Origin: an uncultured Clostridia bacterium
GTDB lineage: Bacteria > Bacillota > Clostridia > Christensenellales > UBA1242
Length of the DNA stretch: 64,000 nucleotides
Direction of reading: 5' to 3'
Assembly: GCA_947588355.1 (NCBI GenBank)
Contig: CANPYI010000003.1
Coordinates: 16,225 to 80,224 of the forward strand
The notes under the pieces: generated by a model
Seen by the model: the letters and a program-made list of their open reading frames with translations, nothing else
Databases searched by the model: none
What the model was told of the DNA's origin: nothing
Translations under genes and position numbers: made by a program
Shown: one piece after another, positions 28,560 to 38,147 of the stretch
Numbering within the stretch: position 1 is the first letter of the stretch
Layout: every line of letters begins with the position of its first letter

Positions 28560-29780
28560 CTAAATTTGAATAGTTACAGAATTTTCTGTGCCGCTTGCAT
28601 CCAACATAGAGCAAAAATGAAATATCGCACTTTGGCCACTTTTCATAGAATAAAGCAGATTGAAAAGGTCGATTTTGTTGACAATGTCATATGAATTTCC
28701 GCCATATTCCACCTTTGTGATAAGATTGTCTTTTTCAATCTTTTCTTCGCCGTAATTCAAATCCTCAAACAAATAAAAACCCAAGTCGCTATTGTTACAA
28801 AAATTGTAAAGTCCCTCTGTGTAACTCACCCATTTATCTTTAAAGTAAAAGAAGTCTTTTCTTCCATTTTCGGCTTTGCTTGACGTAAGCATATGGCAGT
28901 AAACTTCAGTAAAATCAAGTCCAACAAAACTATCAACAAGTTTGTTGGCAAATTGCTCTGATTTTTTGTAATCTGCAACAACCTCGTCCAAAAAAAGTCT
29001 TGCGGGAGTCATCGGCAAAACATCATTTTCAAAAAGACCTGTTTCTTCATCAAAAGACTGCCCGAGTGAAAGCCCAATCAAATTTCCTGTTTTGTCAAAA
29101 ACCGCACCATTTTCAAAAGCAGTGTTTGAATAGTAAAGTTCCAGTACGTTACAATTTTCCATAATAGTTTCAACAGCCGTAAAGCCCTCTTTTTCGGATT
29201 CGACATAAACATTTGTCAAAGTTTCTTGTATTTCCCCCGTCCAAACATTTTTGCTGTCTTTTGGCGAAGATACTGCCAAAACTTGATTTTTCAAAAGTGT
29301 GCCTGTTGACAAAGAAACAAACGGAATTCTGACATTTGATTTGTCGTCCTCGTTTGTGTTTTTGCATTTTAGCACAGCAATATTGTAATTTTTTTCAGTA
29401 AATATAATATCAGCGGCATACACTTTTCCGGAATTTGTGCAAATTGTAATTTCTTTTCCGTCCCACAACAAAAAATCGCTGTAAGGTGCAAGCACATATC
29501 CGTCTTCACGAACATTCACCCCCACAGAAGTCTGTTCAATATCAGTTTCAAAATCTTCAGTTGCCGTAAAATCTATTTCCACGGTGGCGTCTAAGTAAAT
29601 ATCTCCAAGTGTGCTGTTGGAAACAAACGGCCAAAGTTTAAGTTTCAAAGCGATGTTGTTTGGTGCAAAAAAGAAAAAATGGATGACGACAAACATATAA
29701 CACAAAATGACTGAGACAACACCAAGCACGATGCCCCAAACAATTTTTGATGTGTTTTTCTTTTTTTCAGTGTCTTCCAT
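28560..29780 (-). CDS. Membrane-anchored HtrA-like (trypsin + PDZ-like) protein lacking the catalytic triad
   Basis: N-terminal TM; SVGVNVREDGYVLAPYS, NIAVLKC, ENGAVFDKTGNLIG; PDZ-like tail. Start at MEDTE with AAGGA SD. Confidence 0.55.
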   Translation of the reverse strand: MEDTEKKKNTSKIVWGIVLGVVSVILCYMFVVIHFFFFAPNNIALKLKLWPFVSNSTLGDIYLDATVEIDFTATEDFETDIEQTSVGVNVREDGYVLAPYSDFLLWDGKEITICTNSGKVYAADIIFTEKNYNIAVLKCKNTNEDDKSNVRIPFVSLSTGTLLKNQVLAVSSPKDSKNVWTGEIQETLTNVYVESEKEGFTAVETIMENCNVLELYYSNTAFENGAVFDKTGNLIGLSLGQSFDEETGLFENDVLPMTPARLFLDEVVADYKKSEQFANKLVDSFVGLDFTEVYCHMLTSSKAENGRKDFFYFKDKWVSYTEGLYNFCNNSDLGFYLFEDLNYGEEKIEKDNLITKVEYGGNSYDIVNKIDLFNLLYSMKSGQSAIFHFCSMLDASGTENSVTIQI

Positions 29781-29850
29781 ACTTTCCTTTTTAGTTTTAT
29801 GAAAAAAATGCATAAAAACATGCTTCTTTTCATTTTTTTTGTAATTGATT

Positions 29851-31332
29851 TTAAATTATTTGCAAACTTTTCTTGAAAGTTTTCCTAAAATCATCGGCAA
29901 CTTTCATTGCTTGAATAATTTCAAACGAAGGGTCGGAATTTACAACCGTTTTCATAATTATGCTGTCACCCAAGATGTCACAAACGATATCCGAAATGAC
30001 ATTTTTTCTTGAGGCATTAAGGTTTACTGCCAAATTTACAAGCACACCCATTTTGCGAATAGCGTCAACATCTTCGTCAGACAGGATCTCCTTGTATTTC
30101 ATAACTTCTGCCAAATTGAAGTTGTCCAAATTTTGACATGTGCAAGCAAATGCCGCAAGCAAAATATCTTTTTGGCTTGCTCCTGCAATATTTGAATTCA
30201 AAATGGCATAATATGCGTGCTTTTGATTGTCGTTGAAACTGATGAATTTTCCGCAATCATACATATATGCTGCGATTTTGAGTGGTTTAACATACACCCT
30301 TGGCAATTTGTGAACAACTTTCAACTGTTTGAAAAGCAAGATTGCCATTTCATACACTTGCAAATTGATGGAAAGTCCTTCTTTCTTAAATTCATATATG
30401 CTGTCCAAACTGTTTTGCAAAAGGTCGGAATATTTTTCATTTGCAGTGCCAACAAGATTTGAAAGCACAACACCTTCAAGTGAGTCAGCAGACGAAACAA
30501 CAGCACTTTCAAGTTTTAAGGTGTCATAAACTGCTGTGACAATCGCCATGCCACCGTCAATACACTCTCTGCCGTCTGCACCGATGCCTTTTATTTTCCC
30601 GATTTTCTGAGAGTCAAGTCCGCCAATAAAATCAGCAACTTTGTTTAAAGTTTCTCTGGTCAGGTCATAATTGTTGTCAATATCGATTGGATAACGAGTC
30701 AACTTTTTGCCGATTCGCGCCAGGTCAACGAATGTTTCGCCACAGCCAATAACACTGTCATCCTCATAATGCTTTATCAATGAGCATTTTTTCAGTTCTT
30801 TTTTCACGTTGGCAACTTTTTCAGCAAAAGTCACTTCTCCACCAGAAAGATTGGTGTATCCAAAAGGAATAACGTCAAAATCCATCACATTCCTGCGATT
30901 AAACTTGCAAATATAAGTTTCATAAGCCTCAATGTCAACGATATAGCCTTTTGAAAGGTCGATTTTTGACATGCAAGACAAATAAACGTTTTTGACGATA
31001 TCCTCATCAGAAGCAATCAAAAAGTTCATTCCGGTGTTGGTGTAAATTTCATCAAGAAAACCACGATAGTTTCTTGCTTTGACAATAATTTTTGATGCAA
31101 CAGCAATCATACGAGAAACCTTAAACGTTTCAATCGTGTAGCGATACATATTCAAAATTTTCAAGATATCAGTTTTTGATTTTGGACTAAACAAACAATC
31201 TTTCACAATGTCTTGTGAAAGATTGTACCTGTTGACAACCTCTTCCAAAATTCTGTATCTTCCGTTTCTGCTTTGAACAACCAAAAGTTTGACTTTTTTG
31301 TCGTCAAGAGTGATATAAGCAATATTTTCCAT
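29851..31332 (-). CDS. Ppx/GppA-family protein (with HD-like C-domain), degenerate motifs
   Basis: Length and layout fit Ppx/GppA: AVAS..VKARN..FLDEI...TG, IPFG, IGCGET, LKIAAYMYDCGK.ISF..KHAYY.ILNS.I.G. Confidence 0.75.
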   Translation of the reverse strand: MENIAYITLDDKKVKLLVVQSRNGRYRILEEVVNRYNLSQDIVKDCLFSPKSKTDILKILNMYRYTIETFKVSRMIAVASKIIVKARNYRGFLDEIYTNTGMNFLIASDEDIVKNVYLSCMSKIDLSKGYIVDIEAYETYICKFNRRNVMDFDVIPFGYTNLSGGEVTFAEKVANVKKELKKCSLIKHYEDDSVIGCGETFVDLARIGKKLTRYPIDIDNNYDLTRETLNKVADFIGGLDSQKIGKIKGIGADGRECIDGGMAIVTAVYDTLKLESAVVSSADSLEGVVLSNLVGTANEKYSDLLQNSLDSIYEFKKEGLSINLQVYEMAILLFKQLKVVHKLPRVYVKPLKIAAYMYDCGKFISFNDNQKHAYYAILNSNIAGASQKDILLAAFACTCQNLDNFNLAEVMKYKEILSDEDVDAIRKMGVLVNLAVNLNASRKNVISDIVCDILGDSIIMKTVVNSDPSFEIIQAMKVADDFRKTFKKSLQII

Positions 31333-31355
31333 TTTTCCCTCGCTGAAATTTTTAT

Positions 31356-31526
31356 TTATGCGTCCAAATCAATAGCCTCAACAGGACAACTTGCCTGGCA
31401 AGCACCACAATGAATACATTTGTTTTTGTCAATCTCCGCTTTGCCATCATCTCCAAAAGAGATTGCCCCAACAGGACAAATAGCAACACAAGTTCCGCAA
31501 GAGATACATTTGTTTTTGTTGACCAT
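31356..31526 (-). CDS. 2[4Fe-4S] ferredoxin, 56 aa (below the ORF-track cutoff)
   Basis: Hand translation MVNKNKCISCGTCVAICPVGAISFGDDGKAEIDKNKCIHCGACQASCPVEAIDLDA; GAGGTG SD; upstream TGGACA-17-TATATT promoter. Confidence 0.95.
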   Translation of the reverse strand: MVNKNKCISCGTCVAICPVGAISFGDDGKAEIDKNKCIHCGACQASCPVEAIDLDA

Positions 31527-31602
31527 AGTTCACCTCATTATGTTTGCATATAATATAGCATAAAAAAGAGAATTTGTCCACTAATTTTTGAATACTTTTT
31601 TG

Positions 31603-31977
31603 CTATTTTTTTAATATTTTGACAAATTCCACTATTGACAGCAAAATAAGAAACACTCCAAAGCCTATTTTGAGTATTTTTGAAGGTAAGAACGTCATCA
31701 GAATTGCACCCAATATGGCAAAAATGACACCAAAAATAATTATCCAATAAATATTTTTTGTCACAATAAATCCGTGCTTGTAGTGGATATAAACAGAAAA
31801 AATCGCCATGACCAAAAAACTTAAAAGATTTATCCCTTGCGAAAGTTTTTGATCAAAGTCCAAAAAAATAGTCAAAACAGGAATAAGCAGTGTTCCTCCG
31901 CCCATTCCAAGTCCGCCAAATATTCCGGACAAAAAACCTGCCAAAATATAAAAAAAATAAATCACAAAAAACTCCAA
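31603..31977 (-). CDS. Half-size TauE/SafE (TSUP) family membrane protein
   Basis: SGIFGGLGMGGGTLLIPVL...QGINL. Confidence 0.85.
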   Translation of the reverse strand: MEFFVIYFFYILAGFLSGIFGGLGMGGGTLLIPVLTIFLDFDQKLSQGINLLSFLVMAIFSVYIHYKHGFIVTKNIYWIIIFGVIFAILGAILMTFLPSKILKIGFGVFLILLSIVEFVKILKK

Positions 31978-32039
31978 AAATAATATGTGAAAAATATAAA
32001 AAAAAATTGCAAAAAAGCCATATTTTTTGCGTTTTTCAT

Positions 32040-32447
32040 TTAAAAAAGCAATCTAATTCCCCCTGCAAGCATAACAAAAACAAAAACGATTTTTATTATT
32101 TTTGTAGGCAAAAATTTAAGCAAAAATGACCCCAAAATTCCGCCCAAAACGACCCCCGTTCCAACAGTGACAAAAGGCACTGTTTCAAGGTTTCCACCAA
32201 GGCAATAAACAAGGGCACTTACGAATGAAATTGGAAGAATTATGACGATTGCTGTCGCATGAGAATATTTGCTTGGCAAGTGAAGCAACCTTTCAAGTAG
32301 CGGAACACAGATCATTCCACCTCCCCCACCAAAAAATCCGTTGACCAATCCTATCAATGCTCCGCACAGACACAAAACAGCAATATGCTTTGCCGACAAC
32401 TTTTCAGATGTTGATTTTTGCTTTGATTTGCAGATGTTTTGTGCCAT
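32040..32447 (-). CDS. Half-size TauE/SafE (TSUP) family membrane protein
   Basis: NGFFGGGGGMICVPLL...SHATA. Confidence 0.85.
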   Translation of the reverse strand: MAQNICKSKQKSTSEKLSAKHIAVLCLCGALIGLVNGFFGGGGGMICVPLLERLLHLPSKYSHATAIVIILPISFVSALVYCLGGNLETVPFVTVGTGVVLGGILGSFLLKFLPTKIIKIVFVFVMLAGGIRLLF

Positions 32448-32514
32448 AAAGTTCCTTCCACACAGCCAAAATATACTCTTTAATAAATATTATAAATAAA
32501 TTTAAAAAAAATAT

Positions 32515-32543
32515 TTGATATTTCAGAATGAATATGCTATAAT
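32515..32543 (+). promoter_or_regulatory. Sigma-A promoter
   Basis: TTGATA-17-TATAAT with extended TG. Confidence 0.7.
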
Positions 32544-32577
32544 TTCAAAGTTAGACTTACATAGCAAAAGGTGAAAT

Positions 32578-35500
32578 ATGAAAAAAAATAAAAAACTTAA
32601 ACAAAGATTATTCACACTATCCTTGGCGGCTCTTGTTCCATTGTCCGCTTCCGCCGTTTTGTTTTCGCAAAATGAAAACACAACACAAGCTGTTGCGCTC
32701 AAATATCAACCAAGTGTAAAAAAAGATGTGTCTTTGACAAACAACAACTTCAACTCAAGTTCGTCATCAATGTCCTTAAGCACCTCACTTTCAGGCTGGA
32801 CAGGTCAGATAAACGACCGCAAAACAACTGCCGGCATCATAAGTGTCGGAACTTCATTTGCGGGAAACGCATCGCCTTATTTCCACCTTGTCAACAATCC
32901 GGGCAAAAATGGCACAGACGACCACATTTTGATGATAAATTCAAAAACCGACAACTCAAACAACTTCACAATGGCAAAACAAGGCTACCGTTCAGGTTCA
33001 GTAAGTTTGTCGGCAAACAGTTATTATTCTTTTCAAGTTGCCTTCAAAACCGACAAAAACTATGACACAGAAAAAGAATACATTGAATATGGAAAAATTG
33101 GCGATGATATTCCTGGCGATACAAATGGAGATTACTATATTTCAGAAAATTCTTTTGAGTCTGTTCCTTTTGATGTAAACGAAGATGCAGAAGTTTATAT
33201 TTCTTTCCAAGACCCAAACCGTGATACGTTCTATCTCAAAAAATCCTTGACAAAGGCAGAATCCACAACAGTTGATGCAAGCACGCAGATAGAAGCATTT
33301 TATGATGACAATGTTTTTATCGGCTTTTTGAAAGATGAAAAACCTTATTATGTTTTGAAGACTCAAGTCACTGCCACAAATCCAGAGAAATCTGACAAAA
33401 TATACACAGTAAATGAAGATGCCACTTTGTATGAATGCTCAATAGTGTACACAAAATCTTCCACAAATCCATACAAAGTCCAAAAGGATACAGTTTTTTA
33501 CAAGCAAAACGATCATCATGAACCTGTCAATGCACAAACAAGCGGATCAATCTATCTCGACGGGCTTACAGACGAAAATGGCAACCCTGTGACAGCGGAA
33601 TATGTCACCATTTCATCTGACCAATGGGTAACTTTCTATTTCTTTGTGGCAACAGGAAACCAAAATCAAGATGTCAACCTTCAGTTGTGGCTTGGCTCAA
33701 AAGATGTCACAAGCAGCGGTGTTGTTTTCTTTGATGATGTCAATGTTTTCCAGTACAGCGAAAACGAATTTTGGAAAACCTATAAAGATTGCTATGACAA
33801 ATATTACACCCTGCAATCTTCAACAGAGATAAAAAAGCAGTTTTGCACAAGTTTGTATGATTTGCGCAAGCAAACCGAAAAGGATACAACATACAACTCT
33901 TACAATTTGGATTTTGAAGAAGGTGTTTACAATTCCGATGTTTCTTCGCTGAAAGAATGGAAAAAAGATCAATCAACAAGTGGTCAGGCACAAGTTTTTG
34001 ATGTGAACGCGCCAGAGATATTCAAAACTCGCACGGGCTACGATTTTGTAGGCTCAAATTACTCATATGAAGTTGAAATTTCTGACGAAGGACTTGACAA
34101 CACAGATGTTCCTCGCCTTAAAATTGTCGCTGAAAAGGAAAATAAATATGTGCTTGGACTTTGGACGGACAACAATACGGTCAAAGTCACTTCAAAAGAT
34201 ATTTTGATAGAGTCCAAAAAGGTTTACAAAATTTCCGCAAAGTACAAAATCTCCAGCCTTGACGGAAATGCTTATATATTTGTAAAAGAAAATGACAGTA
34301 TCGTGAAAGGCTACAACCTTAGTGACAAACAATACACCATAAAAGACGAAACGGCAAGTTCGGGAATAAATTCAAACCCAGACAACGACTTTGTCAACGA
34401 CTATGGCACGATTGAATTTTATGTCAAAGGCGGCACACATATTGATTCTTCAATCAATGTTTCGCTGGGCTTAGGAAATGGAGATGAGGTTTCGACAGGC
34501 TGTGTGGTTTTTGATGATGTGAAAATTGAGTTGGCAACAAGCGAACAATACAACTCTGCAACAAACAAACTCGAACTTGGCACCACCCCATCAACATCTT
34601 TAAGTGTGCCAAATGGAGATTTTGACATCGTCACAGCAAACGCAAACAGCACAGGTATCTTTTCTCCTACAGAATGGACAATAACTTCTTCAGATGACTT
34701 TGTGTTTTCAGGTGTTGTAAGCACAGATGCCAAACAATTTGAAAGATACAACACTTTGTACAAACAAAACAAAAACGAGGGCGTTGCACCTGCAAAAAAT
34801 CCATATTACTGGGCATCTTTTGGAAGTCCGATAAATAGATTTAACGCACAAGAGCCTGACAATGTTCTTATGCTTGGCAATGTCAACAAATCTTGGCAAA
34901 AATTACGCTCTGCCGACCTTTCAATCTCGGCAAGAACATCTTATAAATTATCCTTCTTCTACAAAACTATTGGTCTTGGCACAGAATCGCAATTCAAAGT
35001 ATCTCTTGTTGGCGACGACGGATTCAAGTTGTATGAATCCGACATGTTGTCTTCACAAGAATGGGCACAAAAAGCAATCTATATCGCAGATGCTTCTGGT
35101 GCAACCACACTTCACCTTGAAATTGAATTTGGCACCCAAGCTGATGGTGTTTCAGGAATTGCATATTTTGACAATTTTGCCCTCACAAGCGGTTCCACTG
35201 CTGTAAAAGGACAAGATGTTGTTGACCTTTCAAATTTCTTCCTTAATATTCCGGGCAACAACATAACTTCAAGCCTGGAAACTTCAACAACTCCCGCCTA
35301 CAACGGCTCAGTCACAAACAGTGATGGAACAGAAATAAAAGGCGGAATAGTAACCGGAGAGGCATTCAAGCCAGGGAGTGTGTATTATGTAGAAAACTCC
35401 GAAAGCGACAAATTCTTTTATATTACTATTCACGGAAAAGGTATTTATGTCATTCAATCAAACTTTTCAATGGATTTGGAATCTGGAAAATATTATGATC

Positions 35501-36444
35501 TTTCTTTCAAACTTAAAACTCACTTCAACAGCAAAAATCAACTTGACAAAAATAAGTCCTACTCCTATGGTGTTACGTTTGGTTTGACCGGTTTCAAATA
35601 CATGACCGAACTTAAATCAAACGACGAATATCAGAATTATCACATTTATTTCAATCCAAGTGAAGAGACCTCGGCAGAATTGTACATGGCTTTGGTCTGC
35701 GACAGTCCAGAGACCGCCGGCTCTATGGCTTTGTACGATTTGCAACTCAACGAATCAACCGAAGATGAATTCAATCGTGCAAAGGAAGAGACAAAAGACA
35801 AAAACTACAATGTCAACGAGGGTCTTAAATTTGTAAGTTCCGCAAACGATGTCGAAGAAAATCCGGATGAAACCGAGCCAGAACCAGACACAAATACACC
35901 TTCAAACGATTTTAATTGGCTTTTGATTCCAACCCTTATCACCGCCCTTGCGATTGTGATTGCAGTTGTCGGATATTTCTTGAGAAAGATTAAGATAAAG
36001 AAAATTGAAATCAAGCGAAAAGAGTCATATGACAGAAAACGCAGTGCCAATGTTGACATAATCAAACGTCAAGCATTGGCAGAACGCGATGCACAAGTAC
36101 AATCCGTTGAAGCAACAAAAGCAAAATTTGAAAAAGAACTCGAAAAACTTGAAACCACTCACAAGCAAAAAGTTCTTGAACTTCGTGAAAAAGACAAAGA
36201 CAAGGTTTCAAAAGAAACGGACAAGGAATTCAAGTTGTTTGCAAAGAAACGTACAGTTATCGCCGAAAAGATAGAATCTTTGGAAAAAGAAATTGCAGAA
36301 CTTAAAACCCCAGAACATTTGCTAAGTTTGGAAAGAAAAGTTTTTACAGAAGAACAAAATAAACGTAAAGAACTGCAAAAAATCTCAAAACAAGCAAATA
36401 AAAAGGACAAAACAAGCAAAGATGACAAAAAAGAAGATGCTTAA
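32578..36444 (+). CDS. Large surface protein: signal peptide, repeated CBM-like jelly-roll modules, TM helix, cytoplasmic coiled coil
   Basis: Signal peptide; modules starting N-x-x-F and ending GVVFFDDV / GCVVFDDV / GIAYFDNF / MALYDLQL; PETEPEP linker; TM WLLIPTLITALAIVIAVVGYFL; K/E-rich tail. Confidence 0.75.
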   Translation: MKKNKKLKQRLFTLSLAALVPLSASAVLFSQNENTTQAVALKYQPSVKKDVSLTNNNFNSSSSSMSLSTSLSGWTGQINDRKTTAGIISVGTSFAGNASPYFHLVNNPGKNGTDDHILMINSKTDNSNNFTMAKQGYRSGSVSLSANSYYSFQVAFKTDKNYDTEKEYIEYGKIGDDIPGDTNGDYYISENSFESVPFDVNEDAEVYISFQDPNRDTFYLKKSLTKAESTTVDASTQIEAFYDDNVFIGFLKDEKPYYVLKTQVTATNPEKSDKIYTVNEDATLYECSIVYTKSSTNPYKVQKDTVFYKQNDHHEPVNAQTSGSIYLDGLTDENGNPVTAEYVTISSDQWVTFYFFVATGNQNQDVNLQLWLGSKDVTSSGVVFFDDVNVFQYSENEFWKTYKDCYDKYYTLQSSTEIKKQFCTSLYDLRKQTEKDTTYNSYNLDFEEGVYNSDVSSLKEWKKDQSTSGQAQVFDVNAPEIFKTRTGYDFVGSNYSYEVEISDEGLDNTDVPRLKIVAEKENKYVLGLWTDNNTVKVTSKDILIESKKVYKISAKYKISSLDGNAYIFVKENDSIVKGYNLSDKQYTIKDETASSGINSNPDNDFVNDYGTIEFYVKGGTHIDSSINVSLGLGNGDEVSTGCVVFDDVKIELATSEQYNSATNKLELGTTPSTSLSVPNGDFDIVTANANSTGIFSPTEWTITSSDDFVFSGVVSTDAKQFERYNTLYKQNKNEGVAPAKNPYYWASFGSPINRFNAQEPDNVLMLGNVNKSWQKLRSADLSISARTSYKLSFFYKTIGLGTESQFKVSLVGDDGFKLYESDMLSSQEWAQKAIYIADASGATTLHLEIEFGTQADGVSGIAYFDNFALTSGSTAVKGQDVVDLSNFFLNIPGNNITSSLETSTTPAYNGSVTNSDGTEIKGGIVTGEAFKPGSVYYVENSESDKFFYITIHGKGIYVIQSNFSMDLESGKYYDLSFKLKTHFNSKNQLDKNKSYSYGVTFGLTGFKYMTELKSNDEYQNYHIYFNPSEETSAELYMALVCDSPETAGSMALYDLQLNESTEDEFNRAKEETKDKNYNVNEGLKFVSSANDVEENPDETEPEPDTNTPSNDFNWLLIPTLITALAIVIAVVGYFLRKIKIKKIEIKRKESYDRKRSANVDIIKRQALAERDAQVQSVEATKAKFEKELEKLETTHKQKVLELREKDKDKVSKETDKEFKLFAKKRTVIAEKIESLEKEIAELKTPEHLLSLERKVFTEEQNKRKELQKISKQANKKDKTSKDDKKEDA

Positions 36445-36460
36445 AAACATCTTCTTTTTT
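36427..36460. terminator. Bidirectional intrinsic terminator
   Basis: AAAAAAGAAGATG-8 nt-CATCTTCTTTTTT. Confidence 0.7.
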
Positions 36461-36462
36461 TA

Positions 36463-36987
36463 TTAAAAATCGTCATCATCGTCGTCTTCGTCAGAATCTT
36501 CATCATCTATTTCATCAAAGTCATCATCATCGAGTTCATCTTCTTCCTCATCAGATTCTTCATCAAGTTCGTCTTCATCAAGTTCGTCAAGTCCGCTTGT
36601 ATCCAAACTATCGTCAAAGCCTATTCCCGAGTCCAAGTCATCGTCGTCTAAAACTTGGTCTTCAAGGTCGGTCACAGTTGCCATGTCGCCCGTTTCTTCG
36701 TCATCGTAAACGATTTCTTCTTCGTCACGGTTCATATATTCGTCCCAATCATTTGAAATGTCCTCATCGCCATCGTTTTGATGATCTCTCAAACAAGAGG
36801 AGCACATAATTTCGTCAGGCTGGATATAATTTGTTTTGCATATAGGACAAAGTTCCAAATCCAAATCCCCAATAAATTCGTCTTTTTTTGCAGAAAGTTC
36901 TGCCTTGCAAACACTGCAAAGTTTGTCTTTCTTTTCAATATAATTAAGTTCACATCTTGGACATCTTATATAAACAGGTTTTTTCAT
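36463..36987 (-). CDS. Hypothetical protein: two C4 zinc fingers plus very acidic C-terminal tail
   Basis: CPRC..LCSVC and CPIC..MCSSC; last ~100 aa dominated by D/E; AAGGAG SD. Confidence 0.85.
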   Translation of the reverse strand: MKKPVYIRCPRCELNYIEKKDKLCSVCKAELSAKKDEFIGDLDLELCPICKTNYIQPDEIMCSSCLRDHQNDGDEDISNDWDEYMNRDEEEIVYDDEETGDMATVTDLEDQVLDDDDLDSGIGFDDSLDTSGLDELDEDELDEESDEEEDELDDDDFDEIDDEDSDEDDDDDDF

Positions 36988-37007
36988 ATTCTCTCCTTAC
37001 GTCACAA

Positions 37008-37037
37008 ATTCTACATGCAAACAAAGTTCTTTGTCAA
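37008..37037 (-). promoter_or_regulatory. Sigma-A promoter of the zinc-finger/acidic protein
   Basis: TTGACA-18-TAGAAT. Confidence 0.7.
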
Positions 37038-37045
37038 CTGATTTT

Positions 37046-37693
37046 TCAAACTTTTTTATTTTTTTTAAGCAAACTATCCTCCGCCTGCGAAAGCCTTAAA
37101 TAAAGCGGTTCAAGATTTTGCACAGAAACAAATTTTTGTTGTCCAGCCAAAAAATCAGCGTAATCCAACACATCTTCGCTCGAAATCTGAATTTGTTGAA
37201 AGTTTTCTCCTTCAAAATCGCCGGTCAAAGCGTATATAGGCATTTGCAAAGATTTAACCTGCGTCAATTCAACCAGCGATTCTTCCTTTAATTGTATTCC
37301 TTTCTCATTGAAATATGCAACAAAACACAAACCTGACAGGGCATTTATCACACAAGCATAGTTTTCATGCACTTTTCCGCTCTTGAAAAGAGTATATGCC
37401 ATAAGTTGCAAAGAGGATATTGGCAAAAGTTTCAGTTTTTTGTTTACACTTGCCAATGCCTTTGCTATTGCCACGCCAATCCTAAGCCCCGTAAACGAGC
37501 CCGGCCCAGTGACAACAGCCACTGTTTCAACATCAAGCACATCAATTTTTGCTTTTTGGCATAAGGTGTCTATATTTTTTAAAACATTTTCACTGTGCTT
37601 GGCATTTGCATCAAGAGTGCAAAAAAATTTGTTGCCATCTTTGGTTTCAAGTGCAATATTAGCCTGTAAAAAAGCAGTATTTAAAGCCAGCAT
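37046..37693 (-). CDS. tsaB: tRNA t6A biosynthesis protein TsaB
   Basis: LALNTA, KHSE, GPGSFTGLRIG, EPLYLR; start at MLALN with AGGAG SD. Confidence 0.92.
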   Translation of the reverse strand: MLALNTAFLQANIALETKDGNKFFCTLDANAKHSENVLKNIDTLCQKAKIDVLDVETVAVVTGPGSFTGLRIGVAIAKALASVNKKLKLLPISSLQLMAYTLFKSGKVHENYACVINALSGLCFVAYFNEKGIQLKEESLVELTQVKSLQMPIYALTGDFEGENFQQIQISSEDVLDYADFLAGQQKFVSVQNLEPLYLRLSQAEDSLLKKNKKV

Positions 37694-37703
37694 ATTTTTT
37701 CTC

Positions 37704-38147
37704 CTATTTATTTGGTGAGATTTCAAAAATTCGAGTTTGAGCGTCTTTTTTACTGATTTTGACCACAAAATCAGCATTTTTTATCAAGCCTTCAACATTT
37801 CCCGGCCATTCCACAAAAGCCACACCATCAAGCCGTGATTTATCAAAATATTCATCAAAGCCCAACTCACGAGCAACTTCCGAACTTTCCAATCGATACA
37901 TATCAAAGTGATATATAGGCCAACCATTGCCCTTGTTTGTTTTGTAAGTGTTTAAAAGTGCAAAAGTTGGACTTGTCACCTCGTCGTCACTTTTAAGTGC
38001 TTTTGCAACTGCCTTGACAAAAGTTGTCTTGCCAGCACCAAGGTCACCCTCCAAAAGCACAATCATCGGTGGCTTCAATGCGGCAGCAAAAGCGTATGCC
38101 AATGCCTCTGTTTGCTTGAGGTTTCTCACTTCCATTCTAACCTTCAT
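37704..38147 (-). CDS. tsaE: tRNA t6A biosynthesis ATPase TsaE
   Basis: LEGDLGAGKTTF, VTSPTF, YHFDMYRL, VEW. Confidence 0.95.
   Translation of the reverse strand: MKVRMEVRNLKQTEALAYAFAAALKPPMIVLLEGDLGAGKTTFVKAVAKALKSDDEVTSPTFALLNTYKTNKGNGWPIYHFDMYRLESSEVARELGFDEYFDKSRLDGVAFVEWPGNVEGLIKNADFVVKISKKDAQTRIFEISPNK

Noticed and set aside
29851-31332. Labelling the motif-eroded genes as pseudogenes
   Set aside because: The frames are full length with SD sites and no stops or frameshifts, so they are reported as CDS.
36463-36800. TCA/TCG trinucleotide-like repeats as a tandem repeat or CRISPR array
   Set aside because: They are the Asp/Glu codons of the acidic tail; no repeat-spacer structure was seen anywhere in the window.
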